This document shows positions 18,350 through 28,472 of a stretch of DNA of 46,473 bases, in pieces; position 1 is the stretch's first letter; every line of letters starts with the position of its first letter. The translations under genes were made by a program, and so were the position numbers. The DNA is taken from contig JAIXOS010000089.1 of the NCBI GenBank assembly GCA_027486695.1, positions 1 to 46,473 on the forward strand, given 5' to 3'. This DNA comes from Chitinophagaceae bacterium (GTDB taxonomy: Bacteria > Bacteroidota > Bacteroidia > Chitinophagales > Chitinophagaceae). Under the pieces are notes generated by a model. It was not told the origin of the DNA and searched no databases. It saw nothing but the letters and a program-made list of their open reading frames with translations.

Positions 18350-20320
18350 ATGCAGCTATCCATTATTATAGTCAATTATAATGTTAAATACTTTCTTGAG
18401 CAGTGTATTTGCTCGGTAGCAAAAGCTATTGCCCATTTGCAAGCCGAAGTAATAGTGGTAGATAACCAATCTTCCGACGAAAGTGTAGCTTATTTGCTCC
18501 AACGTTTTCCATGGGTGCAAGTAATTGCCAATCCGCACAATGTTGGCTTTGGAAAGGCCAACAACCAAGCGGCCGCATTGGCAAAAGGTCGCTATATCGT
18601 TTACTTAAACCCCGATACCATTGTTCCCGAAGATTGCTTTGAACAATGTTTGCATTTTTTTGCTCACCATCCACAGTGTGGTGGCCTTGGCGTGCGCATG
18701 GTAGATGGTGCCGGACACTTTTTGCCCGAAAGCAAACGCGCTTTTCCAAGCCCGCTTACGTCGTTGTTTAAACTAATGGGCTTAGCGGCATTATTTCCCA
18801 AATCGGCTATTTTTAATCAATATGCTCTTGGCTACTTAAGCGAACACGATACGCATCCGGTAGATGTGCTTGCCGGTGCCTTTATGATGCTGCCTGCAAA
18901 CGTATGCCAAGCCACACAAGGGTTCGACGAAGCCTTTTTTATGTATGGGGAAGATATTGACTTAAGCTACCGTATACAACAGCTTGGCTATCAAAACTAT
19001 TATTTGGGTAGCAATACCATCATCCACTTCAAGGGCGAAAGCACCAAAAAAGGCAGCCTCAACTATGTTTGGATGTTTTACGAGGCCATGATTGTCTTTG
19101 TTCGCAAGCATTACACTGGTAAAAAGGCAAAAACATTCACCTTGCTTATTCAAGCGGCTATTGTAGCAAGGGCATTGATAACCATAGTTAAAAATTTGTT
19201 TGGCAAAGTGGGCTTGCCGTTTTTTGATGTTAGCATTGTGTACTTAGCCATTTGGGGAACCGAACAAGGTTGGATCCATTGGCAAAGGGGCGATATGCCT
19301 TTTTTTCAACCACAATTGCCGGCTATTTTGGTCGGCTTTTCCGCCCTTTATTTTGCTACTTTGGTGGTTACGGGTGTTTACGACGAAATTTACAAACCTA
19401 CCAAAACCATTGCCTCGTGCACGGCTGCCGTTGTGGTATTAATGGCGGCCTACTCGCTACTGCCCGAACCGCTTCGCTTTTCGCGCGGCGTGGTATTAAT
19501 TGGGGGCATTTTGGCAGCAGCCCTGATGTTGTTGTTAAGGCGTTTACTTCAACAATTACAATGGATTCCCAACCACCGCATCAACAATAAAAAAATTGTG
19601 GTCATTGGCAATCAGGACCAATACAATTATGCCTTGCAATTGCTACAAAATGCGCAGCTACACAATTTTGTTATTGGCCGAATAGCAGTAGGCACACAAC
19701 AAGAACCCAACAGTATTGGCAATATCCACAACCTATCCCAACTACTGCAAGTAGGACAAATAAGTGACCTTGTTTTTTGTGAAGGCCCCGCTTTTTCGTT
19801 TCAAAACATCATTCAACTGATTGATGCCAATACTGGTGCTGCACATTTTCGCATCATGTCGGCCAATAGCCACTGCATGGTTGGTAGCGATAGCAAAGCT
19901 ACTATTGGCGAAGCATTTACGCCGGAAGTATGGTTTAATATTAACCAACCTTTTCAAAAAAGGCGCAAACGCATTACCGATATTGTATTTGCCCTAATTG
20001 CAATGCTATTATTTCCGCTATTTGTATGGCGCAAACATTTTTCATTACGCTATTTTTACCACTTAGGTGCTATTGTTTGGGGAGCTAAATCGTGGATTGG
20101 CTATGCCCAACAACAAACCAACCTACCGGCGTTAAAACCGGCTATTTTTACACATTTTGGGCAACCTGTTTATACAAAGCCCTTCCACTACAACAACGAA
20201 GCCTTAGAAAAACTAGATTACTTATATGCCACTGAATATCATTGGCTTTTGGATGTAAAGCTGCTTATAAAACAGTTCCCCAATTGGCATAAGGCACTTT
20301 GCCGAAAGGGGATAAGGTAA
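18350..20320 (+). CDS. Family 2 glycosyltransferase fused to membrane and sugar-transferase-like C-terminal regions
   Basis: SIIIVNYN, VVDNQSSD, NVGFGKANN, LNPDT, GFDEAFFMYGEDIDL; central TM block; KRITDI motif near the C-terminus. Confidence 0.88.
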   Translation: MQLSIIIVNYNVKYFLEQCICSVAKAIAHLQAEVIVVDNQSSDESVAYLLQRFPWVQVIANPHNVGFGKANNQAAALAKGRYIVYLNPDTIVPEDCFEQCLHFFAHHPQCGGLGVRMVDGAGHFLPESKRAFPSPLTSLFKLMGLAALFPKSAIFNQYALGYLSEHDTHPVDVLAGAFMMLPANVCQATQGFDEAFFMYGEDIDLSYRIQQLGYQNYYLGSNTIIHFKGESTKKGSLNYVWMFYEAMIVFVRKHYTGKKAKTFTLLIQAAIVARALITIVKNLFGKVGLPFFDVSIVYLAIWGTEQGWIHWQRGDMPFFQPQLPAILVGFSALYFATLVVTGVYDEIYKPTKTIASCTAAVVVLMAAYSLLPEPLRFSRGVVLIGGILAAALMLLLRRLLQQLQWIPNHRINNKKIVVIGNQDQYNYALQLLQNAQLHNFVIGRIAVGTQQEPNSIGNIHNLSQLLQVGQISDLVFCEGPAFSFQNIIQLIDANTGAAHFRIMSANSHCMVGSDSKATIGEAFTPEVWFNINQPFQKRRKRITDIVFALIAMLLFPLFVWRKHFSLRYFYHLGAIVWGAKSWIGYAQQQTNLPALKPAIFTHFGQPVYTKPFHYNNEALEKLDYLYATEYHWLLDVKLLIKQFPNWHKALCRKGIR

Positions 20321-20407
20321 TAAAAGTTGCAAATAATTTTTGTTAAAACAGTAAGCTACAACGTATTAGTTGTGCTTATAGGCTATTTTTGACCACATTT
20401 GTTATTT

Positions 20408-21772
20408 ATGATGCACCGTTTTTTAGGTTTGATGATGTTAATTGCGGCTTTTGGTACTTCCGCTTGGAGTCAGGTAGTTACCAAAAAAGTTGTGGCCGAT
20501 AAAATAGTGGCGCAAGTTGGCGATAAAATAATTTTGCGCTCCGACATTTTAAATGCAATCGCCGATTTTAAGCGGCAAGGTGCTCCTAACGTACCCACAG
20601 AATGTGATATGGTAGAAGGACAATTGATACAAAAAGCTTTGGTATTGCAAGCCGAAAAAGATTCACTACCCTTATCGGAAGACGAAATAGATGCCGCCCT
20701 CGATAACCAAATTAGGGGTTTTATTAACGCTTACGGCTCCAAAGATGCTTTGGAAGAAATTGCAGGACGCACCGTTTACCAAATCAAGGAAGACTTTAGA
20801 CAAAGCCTGAAAGAACGAAAATTGGCCGATTTGATGCGTGGCAAAATATTGGAACCCATCAAAATTACGCCTTACGAGGTAAAAGCTTTTTACAACAAAA
20901 TACCAAAAGACAGTCTCATTTACTACGAAAGCGAAATTGAAGTAAGCCAAATTGTGGCACAACCAAAAGCTAGCAAGGAAATTGAAGAGTACGTAACCAA
21001 ACAATTGTACGAATATAGGCGACAAGCAGAATCGGGCTTTAAAAAATTTGAACAATTGGCCAAACTCAATTCCGACGACAAAGGCACAGAAAGCCAAGGC
21101 GGAACACTTGCTATGAACCGTACTTCCAAAGATTTTGACCCCACTTTTATGCAGGCAGCATTCCATTTAAAAGAAGGCCAAATATCACCCGTTATCAAAT
21201 CTAAATTTGGATTCCATATCATTTACATGGTTAGCCGAAATGGCGACGATGCCATAGTACGCCACATTCTTAAAATACCTCCGGTAACCGACGAAGAAAT
21301 TAAAATTGCTATTAATAAGTTAGATTCTGTACGTAACAAAATCACCAATCGCATCATGGATTTTGGCGAGGCCGTTAATAAATACAGCGACGACGAAAAC
21401 AGCAAGTTCAACGGCGGCTTTGTTCAAGCACGTGATGGCGGCACTTTTATTAACATAGACGCACTAGATAAAGACATGGTTGCATTGCTTCGCAATTTAA
21501 AAGTAGGCGCCGTATCGCAACCACAAGTTTACACAGACGAAAGAGGCAATAAAAAAGTACGTATCATCTATCTAAAATCCAGAACAGAACCGCATCGCGA
21601 AAATTTAAAGGAAGATTATAACCGCATTGCACAACGTTCTTTGGAAGAAAAAAAACAACGCGCCCTCGAAATTTGGTTTAAGGAACATTTACCCAACTAC
21701 TATATCACCATCGATAAAGAGTTTGCCGATTGTAAAAGCCTAGCCGATTGGTGGAAGTTTGCCTCTAAATAA
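20408..21772 (+). CDS. surA: SurA-like periplasmic peptidyl-prolyl isomerase/chaperone
   Basis: Signal peptide, DKIVAQVGDKIIL, two parvulin domains (SPVIKSKFGFHII, VRHIL, YSDD); TATTTTTG -7 element at 20384-20391. Confidence 0.85.
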   Translation: MMHRFLGLMMLIAAFGTSAWSQVVTKKVVADKIVAQVGDKIILRSDILNAIADFKRQGAPNVPTECDMVEGQLIQKALVLQAEKDSLPLSEDEIDAALDNQIRGFINAYGSKDALEEIAGRTVYQIKEDFRQSLKERKLADLMRGKILEPIKITPYEVKAFYNKIPKDSLIYYESEIEVSQIVAQPKASKEIEEYVTKQLYEYRRQAESGFKKFEQLAKLNSDDKGTESQGGTLAMNRTSKDFDPTFMQAAFHLKEGQISPVIKSKFGFHIIYMVSRNGDDAIVRHILKIPPVTDEEIKIAINKLDSVRNKITNRIMDFGEAVNKYSDDENSKFNGGFVQARDGGTFINIDALDKDMVALLRNLKVGAVSQPQVYTDERGNKKVRIIYLKSRTEPHRENLKEDYNRIAQRSLEEKKQRALEIWFKEHLPNYYITIDKEFADCKSLADWWKFASK

Positions 21773-21793
21773 TTTTTTTGATAAAACATTGCT

Positions 21794-21828
21794 AGCCTCG
21801 CTATTATTTCAATGGCGAGGCTTTTTTT
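21794..21828 (+). terminator. Intrinsic terminator after surA
   Basis: AGCCTCGCTATT-atttc-AATGGCGAGGCT plus T run. Confidence 0.8.
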
Positions 21829-21904
21829 ATTTAATACTAGCAAGAATAATGCCGCAACACAACTATCGCCCCAAACAGTTGTTTAGTTTATCTTTCAACC
21901 CATT

Positions 21905-22492
21905 ATGACGCTACATCAATCAATACTTAAAGCGCTTTACCCCATCATTATGTGGTTTGGCCAGTTATTCGGAGGTAAATCGGCCATCCTGCACAATGCA
22001 GTTGCCACAACCGCCCCCACTAATTTTTATGCACTGAGCGCTACTTTGATAGATGGCAGCCTTTTCAACTTTACAAAATTGGCGGGTAAAAAAGTAGTGA
22101 TTGTAAATACGGCTAGCAACTGCGGATTTACTGCACAATACGAGGCATTGCAACGCTTGCACAGCCAATACAAGGACAGTTTGTGTATTTTGGGTTTTCC
22201 ATCTAACAACTTTAAGCAGCAAGAAAAAGGATCAGACAGCGCTATTCAGGCTTTTTGCAAACGCAACTATGGGGTAGATTTTTATTTATTTAAAAAAACA
22301 AACGTTACCAAAAGCCCGCAACAACACCCTGTTTTTACTTGGTTGAGTCACGCCAACAAAAACGGATGGTGTAATACAGCCCCTTCTTGGAATTTTTGCA
22401 AGTATGTGGTTGACCAGTACGGGCAACTAACCCATTTTTTCCCATCTTCTATTGCGCCCGATAGCCCCCAATTTTTGAAAGCAATCCAATAA
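21905..22492 (+). CDS. Glutathione peroxidase family protein (Cys type)
   Basis: VNTASNCGFT, ILGFPSNNF, WNFCKY motifs. Confidence 0.92.
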   Translation: MTLHQSILKALYPIIMWFGQLFGGKSAILHNAVATTAPTNFYALSATLIDGSLFNFTKLAGKKVVIVNTASNCGFTAQYEALQRLHSQYKDSLCILGFPSNNFKQQEKGSDSAIQAFCKRNYGVDFYLFKKTNVTKSPQQHPVFTWLSHANKNGWCNTAPSWNFCKYVVDQYGQLTHFFPSSIAPDSPQFLKAIQ

Positions 22493-22641
22493 CAGATGTA
22501 TTTGTAACGCAATCGGTGGTCGGTTAGCATTTTTGAATGCCGTATCTTTAGTTTTTGTAGAGGTATACATGGTAGTCCCTATTATTTTATTGCTGCTACG
22601 TGTACGCTTTGCGGTCTATTTCCATTTCAATATGCAACAAA

Positions 22642-23163
22642 ATGTTAACCAAACAAGCCATTGAAACCTATTTTGTAGCCGAAAAACAAACCGCTTTGCT
22701 GCTATTACTCATTGGGGTACTTTCGTTGATTACGGGTATTGCAGGTTGGTTGTATTGCAAAAACCAATTTAGCAAAGGCATCGCTATTCCGTGTATCGTT
22801 GTTGCCTGCATACAAATATGTGGTGGTGCTGTAGTGGTATCCCGCAGTTACGAAAATCGTGTGCAAATAGTGTATTCTCTCGACATGAATCCTTCCTATT
22901 TGCAACAAAACGAACTACCGCGCATGCAAAAGGTATTGAATAATTTCACATTGTATAAGTACGTAGAATTGGCTGCCTGCATAGCCGGCATAGCATTTAT
23001 TGCCTATGGTTACTTTGTTCCCGCCCAAAAATGGTATTTGGGTATTGGGGTAGCACTTGCTGTTCAAGCCGTCATTTTGCTATCGGTCAATTCTTTTGCT
23101 CAAAAAAGAGCCGAAACATACACGCAACAGCTGCAACAGTTTGTTAATCAATTGCACCAATAA
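22642..23163 (+). CDS. Hypothetical four-TM membrane protein
   Basis: Open frame with four hydrophobic segments; ATG at MLTKQ preferred. Confidence 0.75.
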   Translation: MLTKQAIETYFVAEKQTALLLLLIGVLSLITGIAGWLYCKNQFSKGIAIPCIVVACIQICGGAVVVSRSYENRVQIVYSLDMNPSYLQQNELPRMQKVLNNFTLYKYVELAACIAGIAFIAYGYFVPAQKWYLGIGVALAVQAVILLSVNSFAQKRAETYTQQLQQFVNQLHQ

Positions 23164-23173
23164 TCACTTCTTT

Positions 23174-23259
23174 AACGGCTACACGGTAGCCTTTTCTTTG
23201 TATGAGCCAGAAGCCGCTACTACTATTGGGCGGCATAGGCGTTGGCACCGTTCAACAGT
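23174..23259 (+). repeat. Dispersed ~85-bp intergenic repeat, copy 1 (terminator hairpin plus conserved tail)
   Basis: GGCTACACGGTAGCC-T run-...GGCGGCATAGGCGTTGGCACCGTTCAACAG; similar copies at 38323 and 44047. Confidence 0.9.
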
Positions 23260-23410
23260 TGTAACTACTATCTTACCACCAACTGCTTTTTTGGTATTTT
23301 CAACTTCAAATTATCCGCTATTTGCACCAACATCGTTATCTTACAATAGTGGTTTGTATCCTCAAGATACCTAGTTTTACATTTTCATTATAGCATACCA
23401 ATTTAATTGC

Positions 23411-24109
23411 ATGAATATAGTTATTACGGGCGCCTCCAAAGGTATTGGCAAAGCCATAGCCGAAGCTTTTGCCCAAGCAGGTTATACGCTGTTGCTTGGA
23501 GCTCGGGGCGAGTTAGATTTGTACAACACGGTAGCGCATTTACAAACCTATTATCCCAATTGCCAAGTGCATGCGCAATCGGTTGACGTAAGTAACAAAC
23601 TACAAGTACAAGCTTTTGCCAATTGGTGTTTGTCGTATGGCACACCTGATATTGTAGTTAACAATGCAGGTAGTTTTGTTCCCGGTGCTATACACAAAGA
23701 AAACGACGATATTTTAGAAAGCCTTATGGCTACCAATGTTTACAGCGCCTATTTTTTAACCAAAGCCCTGCTGCCTGCTATGATGGCGCAACAATCCGGA
23801 AGCATTTTCAACATCTGCTCTATTGCGTCATTGAAAGCCTACAGCAACGGTGGTAGCTACAGCATCAGCAAGTTTGCCTTATTGGGCTTCAGCAAAAATC
23901 TGCGCGAAGAACTGATGCCCCATGGTATAAAAGTTTGTGCGGTAATACCCGGAGCGGTGTACACAGATAGTTGGAGCGGTAGCGGAGTTAGCGAAAGCCG
24001 TATCATGGAAGCAGCCGATATTGCCAAAATGATATTTGCAGCGGCACATTTATCGCCACAAGCTGTGGTAGAAGACATGGTACTACGTCCGCAATTGGGC
24101 GACTTGTAA
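23411..24109 (+). CDS. Short-chain dehydrogenase/reductase
   Basis: TGASKGIG, NNAG, YSISK catalytic motif. Confidence 0.93.
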   Translation: MNIVITGASKGIGKAIAEAFAQAGYTLLLGARGELDLYNTVAHLQTYYPNCQVHAQSVDVSNKLQVQAFANWCLSYGTPDIVVNNAGSFVPGAIHKENDDILESLMATNVYSAYFLTKALLPAMMAQQSGSIFNICSIASLKAYSNGGSYSISKFALLGFSKNLREELMPHGIKVCAVIPGAVYTDSWSGSGVSESRIMEAADIAKMIFAAAHLSPQAVVEDMVLRPQLGDL

Positions 24110-24142
24110 CACACATCACCTACTAAATTAAACACCTTCTTT

Positions 24143-26020
24143 ATGAAACATTCCATACCCGCTTTTTTACTTAGCCTATTGCTCTGCGTTGGTAGCATAC
24201 TACCCGTAATAGCCCAAGATCGCGATTCAATGTTGATTGAAAAAGGCGTACCCAAAAATTTGGAAGATTGCTTTTTGCCTGCACAAATGGTGGATAGGAT
24301 ATACAACTATACTCCTAAACAAATGCTCGAATTAAAAGAGTCGTTTCAACAAAATACCCGAATTGAGGGCGAAGAAATGGTGCTTTCTGTAGGCTTACGC
24401 TTTATGAACGACCACATTGTAGGTTTTTATCGCATGGTGCCTATGCGTACCATGAATGTTGAAAAAGCAGAACGTGTTTATTTTCAATTTCCGGTAGAAT
24501 GGTGTTGCCTTGATGACAGTGCCAAAGAAAAGTTTTGTACCGCAAGCATAGCCGAAACTTTTGACTACGACACCCTACATCCCAAACACACGCCGTGGCT
24601 GCAAAAACAAAGTCCAAGATACAAGGCAATTGAAGAAAAAATGATCAATGATTCAATTAAAAAAGAATACGACCTAACGCATCCCAAAAATTTGCGCAAC
24701 AAAAAAGGCGTGCCCGACTCGGTGCAACTAGCCAAAGATTTAGCAAAAAAATTAAAGAAAAAAGGACGCAATGCGCATTTGGCTTCCGATACTACCTTGC
24801 TATCCGATTCTGCTAAGTTGATTGCTGATTCTATCAAAGCGGCTCAAGCAACACATCCAAAAGATAAGAAAAACAAATTTTCGAAGAAAAAAACCACAAT
24901 AGTAGCCTTAGGCGACAGTACCCACACAGATTCGTCGGGCGCACTTTTACCTCCACCGCCTCCTGCAAAAAAAGATAAAAAGAAGAAAAACGATAAAAAA
25001 ACCGTCATTACCGAATTGCCCAACAATACCGATAGTAGCAATCAAAAAGCCGACAGTAATGTAGCTCCCATCAAGGAAATCCCTGCTGCACCGGCGCCCG
25101 TGATAGACAAAAAAGAGAAACGCAAAAAGAAAGAAACAGTGATCATACCTGCGGCACATATACCTACCGATAGCAGTGTTACAGCTGCCGATTCTGTACC
25201 TACGCCAACGGTTATTCCTAACAAAAAGGATAAAAAATCGAAAAAAGCGGATAAAAAAACTGTCATTACCGAATTGCCCAACAATACCGACAGTAGCAAT
25301 CAGAAAGCTGATAGTAGTGTAGCACCAATCAAGGAAGTTCCTACCACACCGGCACCAGTGATAGATAAAAAAGAGAAACGCAAAAAGAAAGAAACTGTGA
25401 TCGTGCCGGCGGCTCCAATACCTACCGATAGCAGTGCTACAACCGCCGATTCCGCACATACGCCAACGCCTATCCCTGCAATTGTGCCGGACAAAAAGGA
25501 TAAAAAATCGAAAAAAGCGGATAAAAAAACCGTCATTACCGAATTGCCCAACAACACCGATAGTAGCAATCAGAAAGCTGATAGTAGTGTAGCACCAATC
25601 AAAGAAGTGCCTACCACACCGGCACCCATGATAGACAAAAAAGAGAAAAAGTCGAAAAAGGCAGAAAAAAAATCTTCCGTTAGCAGTGCTGTCGAAATAC
25701 CACCTACCGAAACTACTAACACGGTAGATACGGCAGGTCAAAAAACGGACAACCCTAGCCCTGCCCTAAAGGAACCGGCTGCCCCTGCAAATTCAGCCAC
25801 TACGGACACGCTAACTCAACCTAATCAACCGGCTGAAAAAGCTAAAGAAAAAGAGAAAAAGACCGACTCAAAAGCTGCCGCAAAAAAAGAAGCGAAGGAA
25901 AAACGCAATAAGGTCGCCGTGGCTCCCAAATTAGAAACCTTGCCGGCGGCAACCACCGATTCCATACCTGCAACGCCTAAACCGACCGAAACAACCGAAC
26001 CCAAAAAGGAGGGTAATTAA
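24143..26020 (+). CDS. Secreted hypothetical protein: N-terminal globular domain plus long Lys/Pro/Thr/Asp-rich repetitive tail
   Basis: Signal peptide; ~170-aa non-repetitive domain; about 2.6 tandem repeats of 86-90 aa. Confidence 0.8.
   Translation: MKHSIPAFLLSLLLCVGSILPVIAQDRDSMLIEKGVPKNLEDCFLPAQMVDRIYNYTPKQMLELKESFQQNTRIEGEEMVLSVGLRFMNDHIVGFYRMVPMRTMNVEKAERVYFQFPVEWCCLDDSAKEKFCTASIAETFDYDTLHPKHTPWLQKQSPRYKAIEEKMINDSIKKEYDLTHPKNLRNKKGVPDSVQLAKDLAKKLKKKGRNAHLASDTTLLSDSAKLIADSIKAAQATHPKDKKNKFSKKKTTIVALGDSTHTDSSGALLPPPPPAKKDKKKKNDKKTVITELPNNTDSSNQKADSNVAPIKEIPAAPAPVIDKKEKRKKKETVIIPAAHIPTDSSVTAADSVPTPTVIPNKKDKKSKKADKKTVITELPNNTDSSNQKADSSVAPIKEVPTTPAPVIDKKEKRKKKETVIVPAAPIPTDSSATTADSAHTPTPIPAIVPDKKDKKSKKADKKTVITELPNNTDSSNQKADSSVAPIKEVPTTPAPMIDKKEKKSKKAEKKSSVSSAVEIPPTETTNTVDTAGQKTDNPSPALKEPAAPANSATTDTLTQPNQPAEKAKEKEKKTDSKAAAKKEAKEKRNKVAVAPKLETLPAATTDSIPATPKPTETTEPKKEGN
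24968..25648 (+). repeat. In-frame tandem repeat, units of 258 and 270 bp
   Basis: GATAAAAAAAC.GTCATTACCGAATTGCCCAACAA recurs at 24992, 25250 and 25520. Confidence 0.95.
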
Positions 26021-26208
26021 CTCCATTAACAATTGTTTCATTGGTTGCATAATGCCCACATAGGCGCTGCATTGGTACGCTCAAAAGTTACAAGAAGTAT
26101 TTTTTACTCACGAACTTACTTCGTACACGCTCTTTATATTACTCACAATAAAATACAATCGCAAATACTTCACAAAACAAACATTGGTAGGTATTTGCTA
26201 CCCAAATC

Positions 26209-27255
26209 ATGACAGGAATAGATAGTGTTCACTTGCAAGAAGTGATAGTACATAAAGTGGGTAATCCTACCCGCTCCGAGGCTTTAAAGCTGTCGGTTAA
26301 TCCGCTTACCCTCAACGATGCGGTGGTGAGAGGTATGCTCACAAAATATTTTTTAGCTCCCTTTAATGAAGAGGAACAATACCATTTTACCCACCTCAGC
26401 GATTTGGGTTTGAATGAAATTTACCACTACGTGGGCAAAATTTTTGAAAATAAAAAAAACTTCGTAGCACAATCAGCACAAATAGCCAATTTCTTGTACG
26501 CAAAAAGTACGCATGTAAAAGTAAAAGAAGGCGAATTGTATGTAGCATTATTTAGCGATGTACCCTTTGGCACCGAATACATTGACGCGGTGGGCATTTT
26601 TAAAAGTGAAAGCAAAGAAACTTTTTTGAAAGTTTTTCCGCACGGACAAAGCTGGGAAGTGGCTGCTGAAGACGGCATCAACATCAACAAGCTAGATAAA
26701 GGCTGTTTGATTTTTAAGAAAAACCGAGAGGAAGGATTTGTAGTTTGCGTAGTGGATGCCACCAACAAACAACAAGATGCACAATATTGGGTTAACGATT
26801 TTTTACAAGTAACACCCTATAGCAATAGCTACCACCACACCAATCAAGTATTGGGTATGTGTAAGTTGTTTATCCACAACGAAATACAAGAAAAATTTGA
26901 AGTAAACAAAAGCGACCAAATTGATATGCTCAATCGAAGTATGGAATACTTTAAAACCAAGGAACAGTTTGACTTTGATGAATTTGCCCAAGAAGTTATT
27001 CACCATCCGGAAGTGGTTGAAGCTTTTACACAATACAAACAAACCTACGAGCAAGCCAAACAAATTACCATTCAGGAAGATTTTAATATTCACCTGTCGG
27101 CTGTAAAAAAGCAAGAAAAGGGATTTAAAAGCATTCTTAAGCTAGATAAAAATTTCCATATCTACATTCATGGCCGCAAAGACTTAATAGAACGTGGTTT
27201 TGATGAAATGGTCAATAAAAACTATTACAAACTCTTTTTTGATGAAGAAGCTTAA
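26209..27255 (+). CDS. Nucleoid-associated protein (YejK/NdpA-like 37-kDa family)
   Basis: IVHKVGN, GIFKSE, GININKLDKGCLIF, YWVNDFL, SILKLDKNFHIYIHG as in Bacteroidota members. Confidence 0.85.
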   Translation: MTGIDSVHLQEVIVHKVGNPTRSEALKLSVNPLTLNDAVVRGMLTKYFLAPFNEEEQYHFTHLSDLGLNEIYHYVGKIFENKKNFVAQSAQIANFLYAKSTHVKVKEGELYVALFSDVPFGTEYIDAVGIFKSESKETFLKVFPHGQSWEVAAEDGININKLDKGCLIFKKNREEGFVVCVVDATNKQQDAQYWVNDFLQVTPYSNSYHHTNQVLGMCKLFIHNEIQEKFEVNKSDQIDMLNRSMEYFKTKEQFDFDEFAQEVIHHPEVVEAFTQYKQTYEQAKQITIQEDFNIHLSAVKKQEKGFKSILKLDKNFHIYIHGRKDLIERGFDEMVNKNYYKLFFDEEA

Positions 27256-27275
27256 TTCATTTATACCATAAACAC

Positions 27276-28046
27276 ATGCAAATTATATCCTACAACTTAA
27301 ACGGTATCCGAGCCGCTACTAAAAAAGGGTTTATTGATTGGCTGTCGCAAAACCCTGCCGACATTATTTGCGTCCAAGAAATTAAAGCCAACAAAGAGGA
27401 TGCCGATGTGGCAGCTATTGAAGCCTTAGGCTACCATACATTTTGGTTTTCGGCTCAAAAAAAGGGGTATAGCGGCGTGGCTGTATTTACCAAAATAGTA
27501 CCCGATAAAGTGATTTATGGTAACGGATTTGCTGAAAGCGATGCTGAAGGACGCGTTATTCAACTGCACTTTGGTGATATTACTTTAATCAATGCCTATT
27601 TTCCTTCCGGAACAAGCGGCTCCGAACGCCAAACGTATAAATACCAATGGCTGAATGAATTTGAGCATTTTTTGCAACAATTGCGCAAAGAAAGACCCCA
27701 TATCATCATTACGGGCGATTATAATATTGCCCACACACCCATTGATATTCACGACCCCAAAGGCAATAAAAACTCGTCAGGATTTTTACCCGAAGAACGT
27801 ACGTGGATGACCAACTTTTTGGAGAGTGGCTATGTAGATACCTTCCGACATCTTCATCCCGAAACACTTGGCGCTTACTCTTGGTGGAGCCAACGTTTTC
27901 CTTCGGTACGATTACAAAACAAGGGTTGGCGGATAGATTATATTTGTGTATCTGATACTTTAGCCACCCAAATTAAACACGCATTTATTTTACCCGATGT
28001 AAAACACAGCGATCACTGCCCAATTGGTGTTATGCTGGCTGAATAA
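27276..28046 (+). CDS. xth: Exodeoxyribonuclease III
   Basis: ISYNLNGIRA, QEIK, GYSGVA, GDYNIAH, GWRIDY, SDHCP. Confidence 0.96.
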   Translation: MQIISYNLNGIRAATKKGFIDWLSQNPADIICVQEIKANKEDADVAAIEALGYHTFWFSAQKKGYSGVAVFTKIVPDKVIYGNGFAESDAEGRVIQLHFGDITLINAYFPSGTSGSERQTYKYQWLNEFEHFLQQLRKERPHIIITGDYNIAHTPIDIHDPKGNKNSSGFLPEERTWMTNFLESGYVDTFRHLHPETLGAYSWWSQRFPSVRLQNKGWRIDYICVSDTLATQIKHAFILPDVKHSDHCPIGVMLAE

Positions 28047-28052
28047 AAATAT

Positions 28053-28361
28053 ATGTTTATATACAACGTAACAACAATGGTTCAGAAAGACGTCCACGAC
28101 CAATGGTTGCAGTGGATGCAGCAAACGCATATACCCGAGGTTATGCAAACAGGGTGTTTTACCCATTATCAATTCGTAAAATTATTGGATACCGACGAAA
28201 CCGAAGGCTTAACCTATGCTACCCAATACTTTGCAGAAAGCAAATCACTATACAATATGTATATAGAAAAATTCGCTACTCTCCTGCGCAACAAAGCAAC
28301 GCAAAAATGGGGTAACGCTACCATTGGTTTTAGAAGCTTCATGCAAATTATTGCCCAATAG
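28053..28361 (+). CDS. DUF4286 family protein
   Basis: IYNVT...WLQWM...HIPEVM.TGCF...TYATQY pattern. Confidence 0.8.
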   Translation: MFIYNVTTMVQKDVHDQWLQWMQQTHIPEVMQTGCFTHYQFVKLLDTDETEGLTYATQYFAESKSLYNMYIEKFATLLRNKATQKWGNATIGFRSFMQIIAQ

Positions 28362-28429
28362 TTCTTGGTTTTTTAGGCCGTTTTATCCAACTATTTTACA
28401 AAAAAGTACTACCTATTGTAAAAACAAAT

Positions 28430-28437
28430 TAAATTTG
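28430..28437 (+). promoter_or_regulatory. Bacteroidota -7 promoter element for HU
   Basis: TAAATTTG(C) matches TAnnTTTG. Confidence 0.6.
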
Positions 28438-28472
28438 CACCTCTCATATACATCACATTTAAATATACTACT

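Noticed and set aside
21905-22492. Selenocysteine in glutathione peroxidase
   Set aside because: Active-site codon is TGC (Cys); no in-frame TGA.
23057-23374. ORFs 23057-23374 and 38218-38463 sharing the peptide RH.RWHRSTVV
   Set aside because: Similarity comes from the non-coding repeat; both overlap real genes out of frame and the third copy gives no comparable ORF.
24968-25648. CRISPR array
   Set aside because: Units are 258-270 bp, in frame within a CDS, with no unique spacers and no cas genes.
24947-25741. 264-aa minus-strand ORF and similar short ones
   Set aside because: Shadow of the repetitive plus-strand gene; the repeat propagates a stop-free frame.
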